A stretch of 63,358 nucleotides of DNA, counting the filler, from Craspedostauros australis (Eukaryota): assembly GCA_030167865.1 (NCBI GenBank). It is 8 parts of 8 records of this genome, joined end to end, with 100 filler letters (N's around TTAATTAATTAA, not from the genome) between each part and the next. Parts side by side here need not be neighbours in the genome. Positions count along the whole stretch, not along the records: positions 6,996 to 34,528 come from JALAGF010005725.1; 7 more parts are not named here. One strand, written 5' to 3'. Each line of letters opens with the position of its first letter. Within the stretch, counting starts at the first letter, position 1. Shown in pieces: positions 24,801 to 34,239 of this stretch. A model generated the notes under the pieces. That model did not search any database and was not told the DNA's origin. It saw only the letters and a list, made by a program, of their open reading frames with translations. A program made the translations under genes and the position numbers.

Positions 24801-26937
24801 CGACGCAGCAGCAGCGACGAAGAGACGGCAGGAATTGCAAGCCCTGCAGGAATTGGTCGAACTGGAAGGCCTGCTGTTTGTTGCAGCGGATCATCTCAAC
24901 TGCGCTCCCAGCCGCGATCATCTATTCTCGCTGACGGTCAATCTGGATGTCGGCGAGAAGGCCTTGCAGATGGCCGCCATCGCACCAGCCTCGACCTACC
25001 TGCATCGTGCCGGCATGTACTTCCGAAAGCTGCGCGCACCATGGCAGGACCATTACGACATGTGCCTGCGATTGTGCCGCGCGAGGTGCGCCGTGGAACT
25101 GTCGCTGGGACACATCGGAATGGGCCGCGAGATTGGACAGGAGCTGTTCGAGAATGCACAATCTCTCGATGACAAGCTGCCGTCCTACCTGGCCATCATG
25201 CAGGCGCTGGGACGCCAGGACCAGCACATGGATTCGAGGTCCATGGCGCGGTCCGTCGCACAGCTCATGGGCATCTTCCCAAAGCGCAAATGGTCGCTGA
25301 TGTTCCACATCGCGAGGGACCTACGATACCTCAAGCGCTATCTACGACGTCACACCATCGAGGAAATCGTCATGCACAAGCCCATCCTGAACAACGAACG
25401 CATCGAAATGGAATTCAAGATCATGAGCGAATTCGCCATCCGATCATTCCTCACGAAGGGCATCGTGGAATGGCTGGTCGCGACCTGCAAGCTCTTGCGG
25501 GGTTCCATCATCCATGGCCCAGTCGCGGAAGCCGCAGGATTGTGGCCGGCACTTGGACTGTTCTTCCTGTTCAACGGCGATCTGGAGCTCGGGGTGAAGT
25601 GCGCGGACATCGCCCATGGCCTCATGAGCCGCCTCCATGACAACAGCTGCGCCGGCTGGGTGTACTTCCTCACCACCAACTACATCTACGCCTTCACGTA
25701 CCCTGTCTCCGACATCATCCGCAACTTCCAGAAAGGCTACATCGCCGGCATGGAAGCCGGTGAATTCGAAATTGGCTTCGTGAACTGGCATCTGTGCAAC
25801 ATCACGGCGTTCTGCACGGGGTACGAACTGGGCCCGCTCATCAAAACGTTCGAATCGGCCAAGCGCCATTCGTCCATCTACCGCGTGGAGTCCATGTCGT
25901 CGATCTCCATCGAGTACTTGTACCTGATGAGGACACTGACAGGAGAGCTGCCGTTGGATTGGGAGGACGTTGCCAGGGTGGCGCGCATCGACATCAGCCC
26001 GGACTCGTTCGATCCGTCCGACACGTACTCCATGACCTCGATTTGCAACACGCGCATGATCCTCGCCATCTTCTTCTTCAAGTTCGAATGGGCCGAGGCC
26101 ATCTGCGAGAAGTTCTGGGTCCTCACGTCTCATGAGAAGTCGCACATCGCCATCACGCAACGCTCGCTGCAGACGGGGCTGATCGCCGCGGGTCGATACC
26201 GCGAAACCAAGCGACGTCGGTATCTGAAACGTCTGCGACAGATGATCGTCACCCTGAAGAACGTGAAGAAGCTGAAGGGCGCCAAGGTCACGCACCAGAG
26301 CCGCATCCTCGAGGCCGAAGAACTGTCGTTGCGAAAGAGCAAGGACATCCGCGGCGTGCAGAATGCGTACGACGAGGCCATCAAGGCGGCCGCGGAAGCT
26401 GGTCACCTGCACGAGGCAGCTCTGACGGCAGAGCTTGCAGGCGAATTCTTTCTGCGCTCCAAGAGGAACACGTACGTCCAGGACTACTTCGTGCAGGCTC
26501 TTGGCTTTTACGAAGGATGGGGTGCTCACAGCAAGGCCAACGATCTGCGCCAGCGTCACGCCTTGTACACGGCATCCAGCAAGTCGGACAAATTGAATAT
26601 GCGGGCCTCGTCGCACTCGATGCTCATCCCGAATACAGTCCAGGACATGTCGACATCGCGTCGAACGACGGTGGATCTCATCTCCGTCTTCACTCCACCA
26701 CAATCCATGGTCGGATCGAGCGTCTCCGAGAAGGGATCGCGCATGCAGGGTGATACCGACCAGCAGCAGCAGCAGCACAAACCGCGCCATCTGGCACAAC
26801 GACACCATCAGACGCAAACGCAGCAGCCGCAGCAGAACATGCGTCATAATCATCATCAGCAACATGAGATGCAGCAGAAGCATGACGAAGTCGATGCGGA
26901 CGATGACGATGTATCTGTGCTCACGGGTGGATCGTAA
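21898..26937 (+). CDS. Large STAND-class / AAA_16 ATPase with a TPR-like helical C-terminal region, 1679 aa
   Basis: Walker A GLSGTGKS, Walker B-like IILFLDNLQWAS, KTKGNILF, YRFAHGRIHQAA, C-terminal AELAGEFF...YEGWGAHSKA. This resembles COG3899-type predicted ATPases. Single long ORF. Confidence 0.8.
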   Translation: MVEHDTLSSAATPLTAAMATSSTAPLASPAHRRPRPSSSKMLNSNSNGNGNDWQSTVSSIRTATTAPTQRTEDTSQVMSRATAASNSVNLGGNGSPRFHHRTVRGSSTSTSSHMPSQHSQQPRRAYDRMKSNASNDSERASGDNSFRTSASSARRMHTSGVDFYDTGYTKEECNAEEPPITKFQHKDEALASFLQRTQEYGTLHALKDQILFRDVNTVDNVDNVNSVNSKQSSAVVDSEAPTSTPSVQQQPQQPHPQPQKQQNIASSSASQNTSDADLLPGVLVWGLSGTGKSKLVQTFCKDVQDQTNTNQVYLLQGQYDENTSVNVSSASTMRSTATRHRTKKHQQSDPFSAIIQAFTDFAHQLGKDEVDLERIRRVVRETMGESTAVGSAYGGSQQQRGGSTVRSASPSRRECDANTTVGSTTSATDMMDPLHHHRNQQQQSQSQSQSHNNNNKHIPQQEDSEYEDTLTALEDYHYDREIVSALTSLVPSLSIIFSNRAGGSSMADNSSLRSGSIRSSGTIVSNEQSFSHLSSPETANRRANKTMFGIESRSANAWNRLQYVFLQFVKAISTKERPIILFLDNLQWASSLSLELLASLLSDPELKHFLFIGVIREEHSASAMSTTSSLSQPRGVSHSRTATARNSNNDNEILPYTGAGSNNNSNDNLSADDSHTPIQQFLDRLDETGKPLEQLTMHNLSLAGTVQLVADIIERTQEDCESLTQQIYAKTKGNILFTMQALEELVRHHVLMYSRISFQWEWNIPSTNSLLSDRNASSNNPNNMILIQQRSTTLPISELPISDNVLKSITSKVKNLPQPLQKALAVASYIRSNFDVRILEYILRKETLYGSDTMGLLTTSPPSKSLSPSSQLNARGNVDTNTTPPLMQWLEEAVLEGLLLNPVGGTKYRFAHGRIHQAASSLVPFGEERDKLRARIGKCLFQLWKCDFDDMNDMDIVNQDGGGNNHNGDAAAATKRRQELQALQELVELEGLLFVAADHLNCAPSRDHLFSLTVNLDVGEKALQMAAIAPASTYLHRAGMYFRKLRAPWQDHYDMCLRLCRARCAVELSLGHIGMGREIGQELFENAQSLDDKLPSYLAIMQALGRQDQHMDSRSMARSVAQLMGIFPKRKWSLMFHIARDLRYLKRYLRRHTIEEIVMHKPILNNERIEMEFKIMSEFAIRSFLTKGIVEWLVATCKLLRGSIIHGPVAEAAGLWPALGLFFLFNGDLELGVKCADIAHGLMSRLHDNSCAGWVYFLTTNYIYAFTYPVSDIIRNFQKGYIAGMEAGEFEIGFVNWHLCNITAFCTGYELGPLIKTFESAKRHSSIYRVESMSSISIEYLYLMRTLTGELPLDWEDVARVARIDISPDSFDPSDTYSMTSICNTRMILAIFFFKFEWAEAICEKFWVLTSHEKSHIAITQRSLQTGLIAAGRYRETKRRRYLKRLRQMIVTLKNVKKLKGAKVTHQSRILEAEELSLRKSKDIRGVQNAYDEAIKAAAEAGHLHEAALTAELAGEFFLRSKRNTYVQDYFVQALGFYEGWGAHSKANDLRQRHALYTASSKSDKLNMRASSHSMLIPNTVQDMSTSRRTTVDLISVFTPPQSMVGSSVSEKGSRMQGDTDQQQQQHKPRHLAQRHHQTQTQQPQQNMRHNHHQQHEMQQKHDEVDADDDDVSVLTGGS

Positions 26938-26961
26938 AATCAAATTCGATTTGGGCATCAT

Positions 26962-27337
26962 TCTTGTAATAGTGTGAAAGGCTGATTTATGATTACATGA
27001 CTTGCGTCTTCTACTGCAGTGCGAGATTGAACGAGGGCATGCATGCATCGTGCGAAAGCACGAGGTGCAGGCTCTCAGTTTTAGTAGAGCGGTGATCGAA
27101 CAGGATGACCGATGACTCTGACGTCGTCGATCTACTGACCGAACGAAGGATGACGATGCTTGAAGATGTTGCATCATCGTCCGAGGGTCTGAAGCTTCAA
27201 TGAACATGGCAGAAGTCGTAGGATGATGGGAGAGTTGTGTTTTTCGGCGCGAACTTGTTGTTGGCGCCATTTGTTGATTGGTATCTTCCACCGAGTCCCC
27301 AGTCACGGATACCGAGACGACTCGATGGACTCCAACA
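26962..27337 (-). repeat. 3' LTR (376 bp)
   Basis: Matches 33577-33952 with 2 substitutions seen on manual comparison. Confidence 0.97.
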
Positions 27338-27350
27338 CTCGCCCTCAATG
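27338..27350 (-). promoter_or_regulatory. Polypurine tract (CATTGAGGGCGAG) abutting the 3' LTR
   Basis: Purine-rich tract immediately before the TG of the 3' LTR on the element strand. Confidence 0.85.
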
Positions 27351-27405
27351 GACAAATGGGGTTCACAAAATGAGCGAAAACACGAAATGGGAAAAGAACG
27401 GAGTG

Positions 27406-30400
27406 TTACCAACCCATGAGGAGCTGGCGGGCCTCAGCAAACTTGACGCGAGCGAGGGCCTTGGTGAGGATGTCGGCCAATTGCTTGTCTGTGGACACAT
27501 GCTTGATTTCGACGGCACCCTTGCGGAGATGGGAACGGAACCAGTGGTACTTCACAGCGATGTGCTTGGAGCGTGGAGTCATTCTGGCTGGCTCAGTGGT
27601 GGCGAGCGCGATGGCTGCCTGATTGTCCTCGTGTATGGTAGTGAGGTCGGAGAGTTCGGGCGAGCGTATGCCGTAGCACGACGTGATCTCACGCAAAGTC
27701 TCACGGACAGGGACCAGCGTGCGCATAGCCGTAGAGAGCGCGATGTATTCGGACTCCTGAGTGCAGACGGCGATCTCCGTTTGCAACTTGGACTTCCAGA
27801 TGATTGGCATGTTGCCGAGCATGATGACGAATCCTGTGCGAGACTTGACGCACGCTGGATCCTGATTGTCTTCTGCGTTCCACAACCCTGCGAAGTCTGC
27901 GTCGACGTAGCAGTCCAAGGCGCGGTGCGATGATGGCTTGATGAAGAGGCCTTCTTGCGATGTGCCGAGCAAGTAGCGTCCGATGCGTTTGAGGGCCTGT
28001 TCGTGTGGCTGCTTGGGATCGTTGCAAAAACGAGCACACTGATTGATGGCGAAGGAGCACTCAGGGCGGGTGTTTGTGCCCAAGTACATCATCATCCCCA
28101 AGACGGAGCGGTAGTTGAACTCGCCAGAGCATGGCAAAGCATCCGCCAACTTGCCCAGCGTTTGATCAGCTGGTGTGGGCCGAGTGGAGGCATTCTCGAG
28201 TCCGAGGGCTTCGATGACGCGTTGCGTGAGGCCAGGCTGCGACAGCTTGAGAGTGCCGGCGCTGTTGCGCTCAATCTGGATTCCGAGATACGCCGAGAGG
28301 TCGCCTTCTCGAGTCAAGTCGAAGCCCAAAGCTTCCAGCTTGTCGATGAGAGAGGAGACGGATTCCGCGGTCTTGCCGCAGATGATGGCATCGTCGACGT
28401 ACAGGACCAACACAATGCCATCCTTGAGAAAGAGGCAGGGGTCCTTGGCGGAGACATGGAAGCCGAACTGGTCGGAGAGGAGTGCGGCACGAAGATGGTC
28501 GTACCAGAGCCGAGGAGCGCGCCTGTCGCCGTAGAGACTCTTGTTGATTTGGAAGATCTTGCCGCGAAGCTGCGGGTTCGAGTTGAACGGGCCAGGCGGG
28601 AGCTCCATGTAGATTGGTGAGGGGAGGGAGGACTGGACGAACGCGTTTTTGAAGTCGATGGATTGCGTGTGCAGTTTGAACTCCACTGTGAGAGCGAAGA
28701 GGAGCCGGATGGTGCTCCATTCGACAACAGGAGAGAACGTTTTGTTCTTGTCTCGCCCTGTTTCGAACTGGCGGTCGCCACGGACGCAGAGGCGTGCCTT
28801 CAGCTTCATGATGGAGTCGTCGGGGAAACGCTTGCGCTTGAAGACCCAAGTTGATGGTATGATCTCGTGGGTGCCTGCTGAGGATCGGGGAACCAGGTCG
28901 AAGGTACCTTTGTCCTGTAGCTGGTCGATCTCAGTGTAGATGGCTTTCACCCAGGTGGCACGTTCGTTGGCATCAGAGCACCGGAGCACGTCGCGAAGGG
29001 TAGGGTTGTCGGCGTCGTGCACGCGAACTCCCAGCATGCGAGGATCCATGTCGGTCACTTCTTGAGAGTAGGGATCGATGGCGGTATGCATGAGAGCGTG
29101 GAAGCGAGGGTCGATGGGTGTGGTGGTATCCCAGTCAAGGTTCTGAAGGAGGGACATGGGAGTGGTGAACTGTGGTCCGCGGCCGAGGGACAGGTTGACT
29201 TCCGGCACGAACTCGAGGGTGTCGGAGTTGACGGTGTCGTCTCCGTACTTGCGGCGATTGCGGCGCTGTCGACGGCCTCGCCCTAGTTGAGGTGCGGGCG
29301 GGTCCGGAGGTGCGGCAGGTTCGACGGGAGCTCCGTCGTCATCGAGGATCTCGATGCGGGGAGGTTCCGGAGCTGCGGCTTCGGCAGGGTTGCCATTGGA
29401 TTCAGACTCAGAGTCTGAGTCATCCGCGAAGACACGAATCCCCTCGCCCTCAATGAGAACACCAGAAGGAGAGGAAACCGGGGGCGGACTGCGGGTCGGG
29501 CGGCGGAAGCGGACCGGAGACGGCGGGATCGTGATCGGCGAGCACGACATCGCGGGAGGTGCGAAAGAGGTGCTCCCAGATGGGTTGCAGATCGGTGGAA
29601 CCGACGGATGAGACGGTGGAGAAGTCGTTGTCATAGACAACATGGTATTGACGAGACACCCAGCCGGTCTGGATGCTGCGAACTTGCCCCACAGACGAAG
29701 AGTGCTCGGGGTCGAAACCGGCGAACTGGCCGAGACGAGAGCGCGGCTCCCAGCGCGGGATGGACTTGGAGGCTTGAAGGCGGGGATCGAGGACGTAGGC
29801 CGGGCAGCCCCAGACCTTTGCGCGGTCAAGGTACCGAGTGCCGATGGCGGAGGCTGTGAAGGCATCCATGGGAGAGACACGCGAGACGCGGCGAGGAGTA
29901 TGGTTGTACAGCCAGGCGGCGTATGACATGGCCATGGGCCACAGGTCGAGGTTGGACTCCTTCGGCCAGTGCAGCTGTGCGTGGACAAGCATGGCACGAA
30001 CGCGGAGGGTCACAGTGAGGATGGCACGTTCAGCAGCTCCGTTCTGATGATGAGCGCCGACGGCACCAAACGTGAGATGCTGATCGGCGGAGAGGCTGCT
30101 GCGCCAGGCGGCGGAGTCAAACACGCCACGATCGATGTGGTAGTGTGAGACGGCGACGCCGTTGGTGCGAGCGAAGTGTTCGAATCGGTCCTTGGACAGG
30201 ATGGTGTCGCTGGCGCCGAAAGAGACTTGATGGTGGACAGCAACGAAACCAGTGTGCGCATCGACGAAGATCGTACCACCCACATAGCGCTGGGTCTGCG
30301 GTTCGCGCCCAAACGTGTTGAGGCGGCGACCACGCAGGCTGCACTCAAACTGGTCGACAGCGACGTGTTGGCCAGGGGCAGTGGTGACGGGAGCGATGGA

Positions 30401-31983
30401 TCGGATCTGATCAGGGTGAGCAGAGCGATGATTCGGCAGAGGCTGTCAACGACCTTTCGCAAATTCACATGTGGCACACTTTGGGAGTGAGCATGTTTTT
30501 GCGGATGGCACGGGCGGGCGAATGTGTCCGGTTGGAGGTGCCGGCGCGTTTTCGTCCAGGCCAACATGATCGAGCGAGGCGGGTGTGCGGTACATTTGTT
30601 GTACGTGTGCCATGCCGAGATGACCGAAGCGATGATGGTCACGCAGGAGGGCCTTCTGGGCAGAGGACAGATTGGTGTTGGCCTCAGAGAGGACCTGCAC
30701 GCCAGTTGGGGACGTAGCAGCAGTGTTGCAACCATGGCCGTAGGCACTGTGGTTGCTGCACGGAGGTCGATGAGAGGATGATGACTTGTTGACAGGCCGA
30801 CCCAGAGCCGTGGGGATGTTGGACTGAGGGTGGACTGGAACCTTGATGGTTTCACCGGAAGACGTGAGCATCCAAAACTCTCCGGCATTCCCACCATAAG
30901 TGGTTGTGTCCGAGGACTTCGTCGTGAGGGAGTGGTCTTGCGGCGAGATGAGGCGGGCATTACTGCCAGGGATGAGGTGACCAGGCATTGTGACGCGCTG
31001 GAAAGTCCCATCCACGGACATGATGTCGTAGGAGACTGTGCCGACTGCTGTTATGCCCAGCGATCCACTTGCTGTGTGGACCTTGCCATACGAACCGTAG
31101 ACGGGATCGTTGACAAAATAGTCAATGTCGAAGGTCATCGCGAAAGAACAACCGGTGTCCATGATTATGGGCACGAGATCGCTTTGCGAACACCGCGGGG
31201 AGTGATACGCGTTGTGGATGAGCTGTGACATGAATTGGTGATCCATGTGGAACGACGAAGCTTGAAGGGCCTTCGGGAACACGCTCAACGGACGGTCGAT
31301 TTTCAAATCGGCGAGGCTGGCCGGAGTCAATTTCGCGTCGGGCGAGGAGCGGCGCCGAAACAGATCGTGAGGGACAACACCGTGGGAAAAACCAGGTGTG
31401 ATGGAACGCGGGAAATCAACCGTTGAGCACCCAAGCTCGCCACCTCGCCCTTGGATCACCAGGTCATGGAACTCCCGATGGAAGCCAGAGAGGTGAAGCA
31501 GAGACGGAGGGGCAGAGCCACCGGACCGGAACGGTCCAAAGTCGGAGCACGGTAGATCCCATTTCGCGCCAGAAGCGAAGTTGGGAAGGGTGGAGAGGGA
31601 TGGCAGCATCACTGGCACGACTTCGCGGCCGACGGAGCGGATGCGAGAGTGCGCCAGGAGCTGAAGAGAGCTTGCCGGAAGCATCAGCCAGGAGAGGACC
31701 ATGAGGTGCCGAGGCAGACCCATGCCTGCCCGAGAGGCTTGGTGGATGGTGGACGGAGGGACGGAACGGAGCGGCGGATCCGGAGGATAGCGCAGACCCC
31801 GAAGGAAGAGAGTCATTGTGGGTGGAGCAGCACCGAAGGCAGCGACGACGGCCCACAGCAACGCAGATGCGCAGCACTGCAGGAGCCAGCCGACGAAGTC
31901 AGCGGTGTCCTGGAGCAGGAGCCACGCCACGAGGGCGATGGAGAGGAGAGGACTTATGCCGAGGACGACGGCCCTTGAAAAAC
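27406..31983 (-). pseudogene. pol: Copia pol (protease, integrase, RT, RNase H) with an in-frame TGA at 30446-30448 and a frameshift near 29490
   Basis: PR IIMDTGCSF; HHCC HHRFGH...CATC; IN AVDQF / HIDRG / QNGAAERAI; RT LYVDD; RNase H CYVDADFAG, HEDNQAAI; ends LLMGW*. Split across three ORF-track entries. Confidence 0.92.
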
Positions 31984-33372
31984 CGTCGACTCATCATCAG
32001 CCATGCGAACGCGAAGAACCGGAGCGGGAGTGGTCCCGACGGACGCCTTGTCGGCGGTACCGGCGGAGGACTCGGCCTTGCGCTCAGCGCGGGAGCGCTT
32101 GAACTCGGCGAACCACTTGGCGTGGCCGTCGGTGAGATGGTTGCCCCAGCGTTGGCAGTGCTTGTCGGAGCACCAGTGTTCCTGGCCGCGTCCGTCTTTG
32201 CGATTGCGAGAGTTGGACTCGCCTGCTTTCGGAGGAGTGCGGTCGACAGGATTGCCGTTGCGATCCTTGGTGGACTTGCCGCGCCCGCTGCCGGAGGAAC
32301 CAGAGGAGGACGTGGTGTTGAGGGCGGAGCCGGCGACTTTGCGGCGGCGGATGTTCCAAGTCGACTTGGAGACAGCGAGGTTGTAGATGGCAAGGGCCTT
32401 CGCCAACACGCTTTCCCAAGTGTCGAAATCCGAGGTGAGTCCGGAATCGGCTTGGACCTTGAGGGAGTGCCACTGAGACTTGAATGCGTAGTTCGTCGTC
32501 GTCAGGAACACGTCGAAGAGCACCTCATGCATGTTGTGCGGGATGCCCATCTTGGAGGCCTTGAGGCGCAAGACTGCAGACTTGAGGTGGCTGCACACCA
32601 ATGCCAGGTTCTCACCCTCCACCTTGTTCACCTTGAAATCGCGAATGCGGTCGAAAATCTCGCGGGCGGTTCCGGTGTTGGTGTGGGCGATGTGTTCCAC
32701 GATGAGGAAGAGGATGAGCGGACCCCCTTGTTCGTCGATGGGGATCTCATTCAGGCGCACGTTGATGATGGCCTGAAGCTCCTCGGTGCAGGAGTTGAGA
32801 ATGAAGGCTTGAGAGGTGTGGATGTCGGTGGCGATCTCTTCGTGGCTACCGTAGTGGTGGTAGGACCAGTTGGAGTCGCGCACCTGGGTTTCGGTGAACC
32901 CAAGGAAGTCGGTGAAGAAGCTGCGGACGCTGTCGAGGTCGAACGATGCGTTTCCGGAGCTGTCAACCGTTGGACGGGGAAGGATGTTAAAGACATCCAA
33001 CATGTCGAAAGAGGAGAGGTGAGTCTCGACTTGCTTGAGGAGCATGCCGAGGTCGTGGTTCTTGGAGAGGAAGTCGTTGGCCTGCACGTTGGAGGAGAGG
33101 TCTTGTACCTCGAACTGCAGCTTCGGCAACGGCTTGGTGATGTTGTCCAAGAGGACAAAGCGGTCCTTGGCGCTCAGCTTGGCGCGTTGGTCCTTGGAGA
33201 GGCGCACGGGACGGGCAGCGTCCGCAGTGCGGCGAGTGGTCTGAACAGCGAAAGACATGCTTGGTGTGACCGAGAGAGAAGGGATGGATGATGCGCGAGA
33301 CGATTGCGATGGGGATCGTGGCGGAGGGAAGAGAGGAAGAGTGTCTGCGACGGACGGGTCTTCGGATTGCAT
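31954..33372 (-). CDS. gag: Copia gag, 472 aa
   Basis: ORF downstream of the PBS (MQSEDPSV...) with a C-terminal zinc-knuckle-like HWCSDKHCQRWGNHLTDGH. Confidence 0.8.
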   Translation of the reverse strand: MQSEDPSVADTLPLFPPPRSPSQSSRASSIPSLSVTPSMSFAVQTTRRTADAARPVRLSKDQRAKLSAKDRFVLLDNITKPLPKLQFEVQDLSSNVQANDFLSKNHDLGMLLKQVETHLSSFDMLDVFNILPRPTVDSSGNASFDLDSVRSFFTDFLGFTETQVRDSNWSYHHYGSHEEIATDIHTSQAFILNSCTEELQAIINVRLNEIPIDEQGGPLILFLIVEHIAHTNTGTAREIFDRIRDFKVNKVEGENLALVCSHLKSAVLRLKASKMGIPHNMHEVLFDVFLTTTNYAFKSQWHSLKVQADSGLTSDFDTWESVLAKALAIYNLAVSKSTWNIRRRKVAGSALNTTSSSGSSGSGRGKSTKDRNGNPVDRTPPKAGESNSRNRKDGRGQEHWCSDKHCQRWGNHLTDGHAKWFAEFKRSRAERKAESSAGTADKASVGTTPAPVLRVRMADDESTVFQGPSSSA

Positions 33373-33565
33373 GAAGGCAATGGGGAGAGAGAGCACGAGC
33401 TGATGCGAGGGGATCAGGGGCTGATGAGAGAGAGTGGCTGACTGCGACGGTCGGCGATGATGGATCAGGTGAGTTGGCGGGGCGGTGAAGCACGACGAAC
33501 CAACTGAGAGCTGACTAAACTGATGAAGGCGGTGACGATGGAAGACTGAAGAGGATGTTAATCCA

Positions 33566-33576
33566 GGCTCATAACC
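33566..33576 (-). promoter_or_regulatory. Primer-binding site GGTTATGAGCC (half-tRNA iMet, Ty5/copia type)
   Basis: Lies directly after the 5' LTR on the element strand and matches the PBS type of yeast Ty5 and Drosophila copia, complementary to the tRNA-iMet anticodon arm. Confidence 0.8.
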
Positions 33577-33952
33577 TCTTGTAATAGTGTGAAAGGCTGA
33601 TTTATGATTACATGACTTGCGTCTTCTACTGCAGTGCGAGATTGAACGAGGGCATGCATGCATCGTGCGAAAGCACGAGGTGCAGGCTCTCAGTTTTAGT
33701 AGAGCAGTGATCGAACAGGATGACCGATGACTCTGACGTCGTCGATCTGCTGACCGAACGAAGGATGACGATGCTTGAAGATGTTGCATCATCGTCCGAG
33801 GGTCTGAAGCTTCAATGAACATGGCAGAAGTCGTAGGATGATGGGAGAGTTGTGTTTTTCGGCGCGAACTTGTTGTTGGCGCCATTTGTTGATTGGTATC
33901 TTCCACCGAGTCCCCAGTCACGGATACCGAGACGACTCGATGGACTCCAACA
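33577..33952 (-). repeat. 5' LTR (376 bp)
   Basis: Element strand reads TGTTGGAGTCC...ATTACAAGA; flanked by the TSD ATCAT. Confidence 0.97.
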
Positions 33953-34239
33953 ATCATGCTGCGTTCTGTTATACATATGATATACAGTAGCTTATAATCG
34001 CTAGGGGTCTCACGAGCACGGATGGATGGAACTGGACGATCGCAAACCAAGTGGTAGGTTGGAGTGCGCCACGCTGCCCCATGATGCGAGCTCGACAGGA
34101 GGAAACGGGGACAACTACGTTCGTTGGGCTAAGATCGTAATACTCTGCAAAAATCATCGCGGCGCTTTCCACAACAAGAAAGCGTGAATTTGTTATTTTG
34201 TATTGGCGACTGCGCTGCAGACGTTGAGAAATCGTGTGA

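Larger units (their letters stand above)
26962..33952 (-). mobile_element. Full-length Ty1/copia LTR retrotransposon (CoDi-like), 6991 bp
   Basis: Two 376-bp LTRs, 5-bp TSD ATCAT (26957-26961 and 33953-33957), PBS, PPT, and gag-PR-IN-RT-RNaseH domain order. Confidence 0.97.

Noticed and set aside
25444..27366. 640-aa minus-strand ORF
   Set aside because: Chimera of LTR sequence and the antisense strand of the ATPase; it crosses the insertion junction.
29510..29997. N-terminal ~160 aa of the 863-aa RT ORF
   Set aside because: Out-of-frame reading of integrase upstream of the frameshift.
31816..33291. 491-aa plus-strand ORF
   Set aside because: Antisense shadow of gag caused by codon bias; no recognisable motifs.
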